From NCBI GenBank assembly GCA_963840965.1, contig CAWJAW010000003.1, positions 269,714 through 333,713 of the forward strand: DNA of 64,000 nt. Direction: 5' to 3'. Source of the stretch: an uncultured Bacteroidales bacterium (GTDB lineage Bacteria; Bacteroidota; Bacteroidia; Bacteroidales; VadinHA17). The notes beneath the pieces were generated by a model. It was not told the origin of the DNA. It did not search any database and saw nothing but the letters and a program-made list of their open reading frames with translations. This document shows, piece after piece, positions 62,595-64,000 of this stretch. Every line of letters starts with the position of its first letter. The stretch's first letter is position 1. Both the position numbers and the translations under genes were made by a program.

Positions 62595-64000
62595 TCAATT
62601 TACTATTCTTACCGCTCCCTTGTCAGCTGAACTCACCATTTTAGCGTAGGCCCGGAGTGAAGATGGGACTTCCCGTTTCCTCCTGGCTGGATTAAATGCT
62701 TCTGAACCTCTCGTTTTTTCCTTATTGAATCTCAGTTCAAGCTCATCATCAGGAAGGATGACATTGATTTTCCTTGATGTAACATCTATTTCTATTATAT
62801 CACCGTTCCGGATGAGTGCAATTTCACCTCCGGCAGCGGCCTCAGGCGATAAGTGCCCGACCGACAGCCCTGATGTACCTCCTGAAAACCGTCCGTCGGT
62901 TATCAGGGCGCATTTCTTGTCGAGCAATTTTGATTTCAGGTAAGATGTCGGGTAGAGCATCTCCTGCATTCCGGGCCCACCCCTGGGTCCTTCATACCTG
63001 ATGACAACAGCATCGCCCTGCTTCACGGATCCTCCAAGTATTCCTTCCACTGCTTCTTCCTGTGACTCGAAAACTACAGCAGGTCCACGGAACTTCAGTA
63101 GAGTGGGGTCGATCCCGGCAGTTTTGACTATGCATCCGCATCTTGCAACATTACCGTAAAGTACGGCAAGACCACCGTCACTGTTGTAGGCATTTTCAAT
63201 GTTCCTTATACAACCATTGACCCTGTCGGCATCCGGCCGGTCATAATAGGTGTTGTGGGAACCCATCTCCAGACTCCTTTTATTCATTGGGGCACTGAGC
63301 CAGAAATCCCACGCCTCGGGTCTTATCCTGCTGCTCATTACATCCCAGTCGGCAATTGCATCATGAAGGGTTGGGTAGTCGAGGCGGCCTGCTGAACCAT
63401 CAATTAAGTTGTTGCGTTCCAGTTCGCCCATTATCGATATAATGCCGCCTGCCCGGTTAACGTCCTGAACATGGTATTTAGAACTTGGGGCCACTTTGCA
63501 TATGTTGGGTATTTGGCGCGACAGTTCATCAATGTCTTTCATGGTGAAATCCACTCCGGCCTCATGTGCTACTGCCAGAAGGTGAAGAACGGTGTTTGTC
63601 GATCCGCCCATAGCAATGTCGAGCGACATGGCGTTAAGGAATGCCTTCTTTGTCGCTATCGACCTGGGAAGTACACTTGTATCGCCTTCGTAATAATATT
63701 TCTTTGCAAGGCTGACAATCAGACTTGCAGCTTTATCGAATAACTTCAGCCTGTTGGAATGTGTGGCCAGAACGGTTCCGTTTCCCGGCAATGCCATCCC
63801 GAGCGCTTCAACAAGGCAGTTCATCGAGTTGGCAGTGAACATTCCTGAACATGAGCCGCAGGTAGGGCAGGCAGCCAATTCCATTTCCCGAAGCTCCCTG
63901 TCGCTCACAGTTTCGTCGGCTGCCGATACCATTGCATCAATGAGATCAATATCCCTGTTCCTGTAATTGCCGGCTTCCATCGGCCCCCCCGAGACAAACA
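62595..64000 (-). CDS. ilvD: dihydroxy-acid dehydratase (N-terminus lies beyond the window)
   Basis: [16 protein letters not shown] cluster motif. The reading frame stays open past 63980 to the window edge. Confidence 0.85.
   Translation of the reverse strand, partial: FVSGGPMEAGNYRNRDIDLIDAMVSAADETVSDRELREMELAACPTCGSCSGMFTANSMNCLVEALGMALPGNGTVLATHSNRLKLFDKAASLIVSLAKKYYYEGDTSVLPRSIATKKAFLNAMSLDIAMGGSTNTVLHLLAVAHEAGVDFTMKDIDELSRQIPNICKVAPSSKYHVQDVNRAGGIISIMGELERNNLIDGSAGRLDYPTLHDAIADWDVMSSRIRPEAWDFWLSAPMNKRSLEMGSHNTYYDRPDADRVNGCIRNIENAYNSDGGLAVLYGNVARCGCIVKTAGIDPTLLKFRGPAVVFESQEEAVEGILGGSVKQGDAVVIRYEGPRGGPGMQEMLYPTSYLKSKLLDKKCALITDGRFSGGTSGLSVGHLSPEAAAGGEIALIRNGDIIEIDVTSRKINVILPDDELELRFNKEKTRGSEAFNPARRKREVPSSLRAYAKMVSSADKGAVRIVN

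Overview
This 64-kb chromosomal window looks Bacteroidota-like. The evidence is TonB-dependent receptors with carboxypeptidase-regulatory-like N-termini and lipoprotein partners, DUF1080, TAnnTTTG-type -7 boxes and no Shine-Dalgarno signals. All calls rest on my own recognition of the translated ORFs; no searches were run.

Gene order:
- holA, a short AMP-nucleosidase-like gene, an orphan HsdR_N-domain gene and a Nudix fusion.
- yedF-selD.
- A PiT phosphate transporter, a DUF47 (PhoU-like) gene and a PhoR/PhoB-like two-component pair.
- Two TonB-dependent receptor/lipoprotein pairs and a FadL-like outer membrane protein.
- A pectin/rhamnogalacturonan-flavoured glycan-degradation cluster: GH105-like x2, a frameshifted GH106-like gene, GH5, GH31, DUF5009, a purple-acid-phosphatase-like gene, PmoA-like and NIPSNAP.
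- A 26-kb all-minus-strand amino-acid biosynthesis supercluster: ilvD(partial)-ilvB-ilvN-ilvC-leuA-leuC-leuD-cimA-like-leuB | hisG-D-C-B-H-A-F-IE | pheA-aminotransferase-tyrA-DAHPsynthase/CM-aroA | trpB2.

I saw no rRNA, tRNA, CRISPR array, transposase or recognisable defence system, so I cannot point to a new protein-based system.

The most interesting signals are non-coding:
1. Three hand-translated leader-peptide ORFs are missing from the ORF track. They are His (MTSIKLHHHHFFSCTQAK), Phe/Tyr (MNIVYNYITSYFYFFFYFKKR) and Trp (MKISALYIWSWRSSNN). Each is followed by a hairpin just upstream of the matching operon.
2. A roughly 260-bp mosaic multi-hairpin repeat is present twice in inverted orientation, 37.5 kb apart.
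3. A family of period-7/9/14/16 short tandem repeats is confined to intercistronic and 3-prime regions. It includes (AATCACC)n arrays that abut start codons.
4. Pho-box-architecture direct repeats (7-4-7 bp) lie upstream of the phosphate genes.
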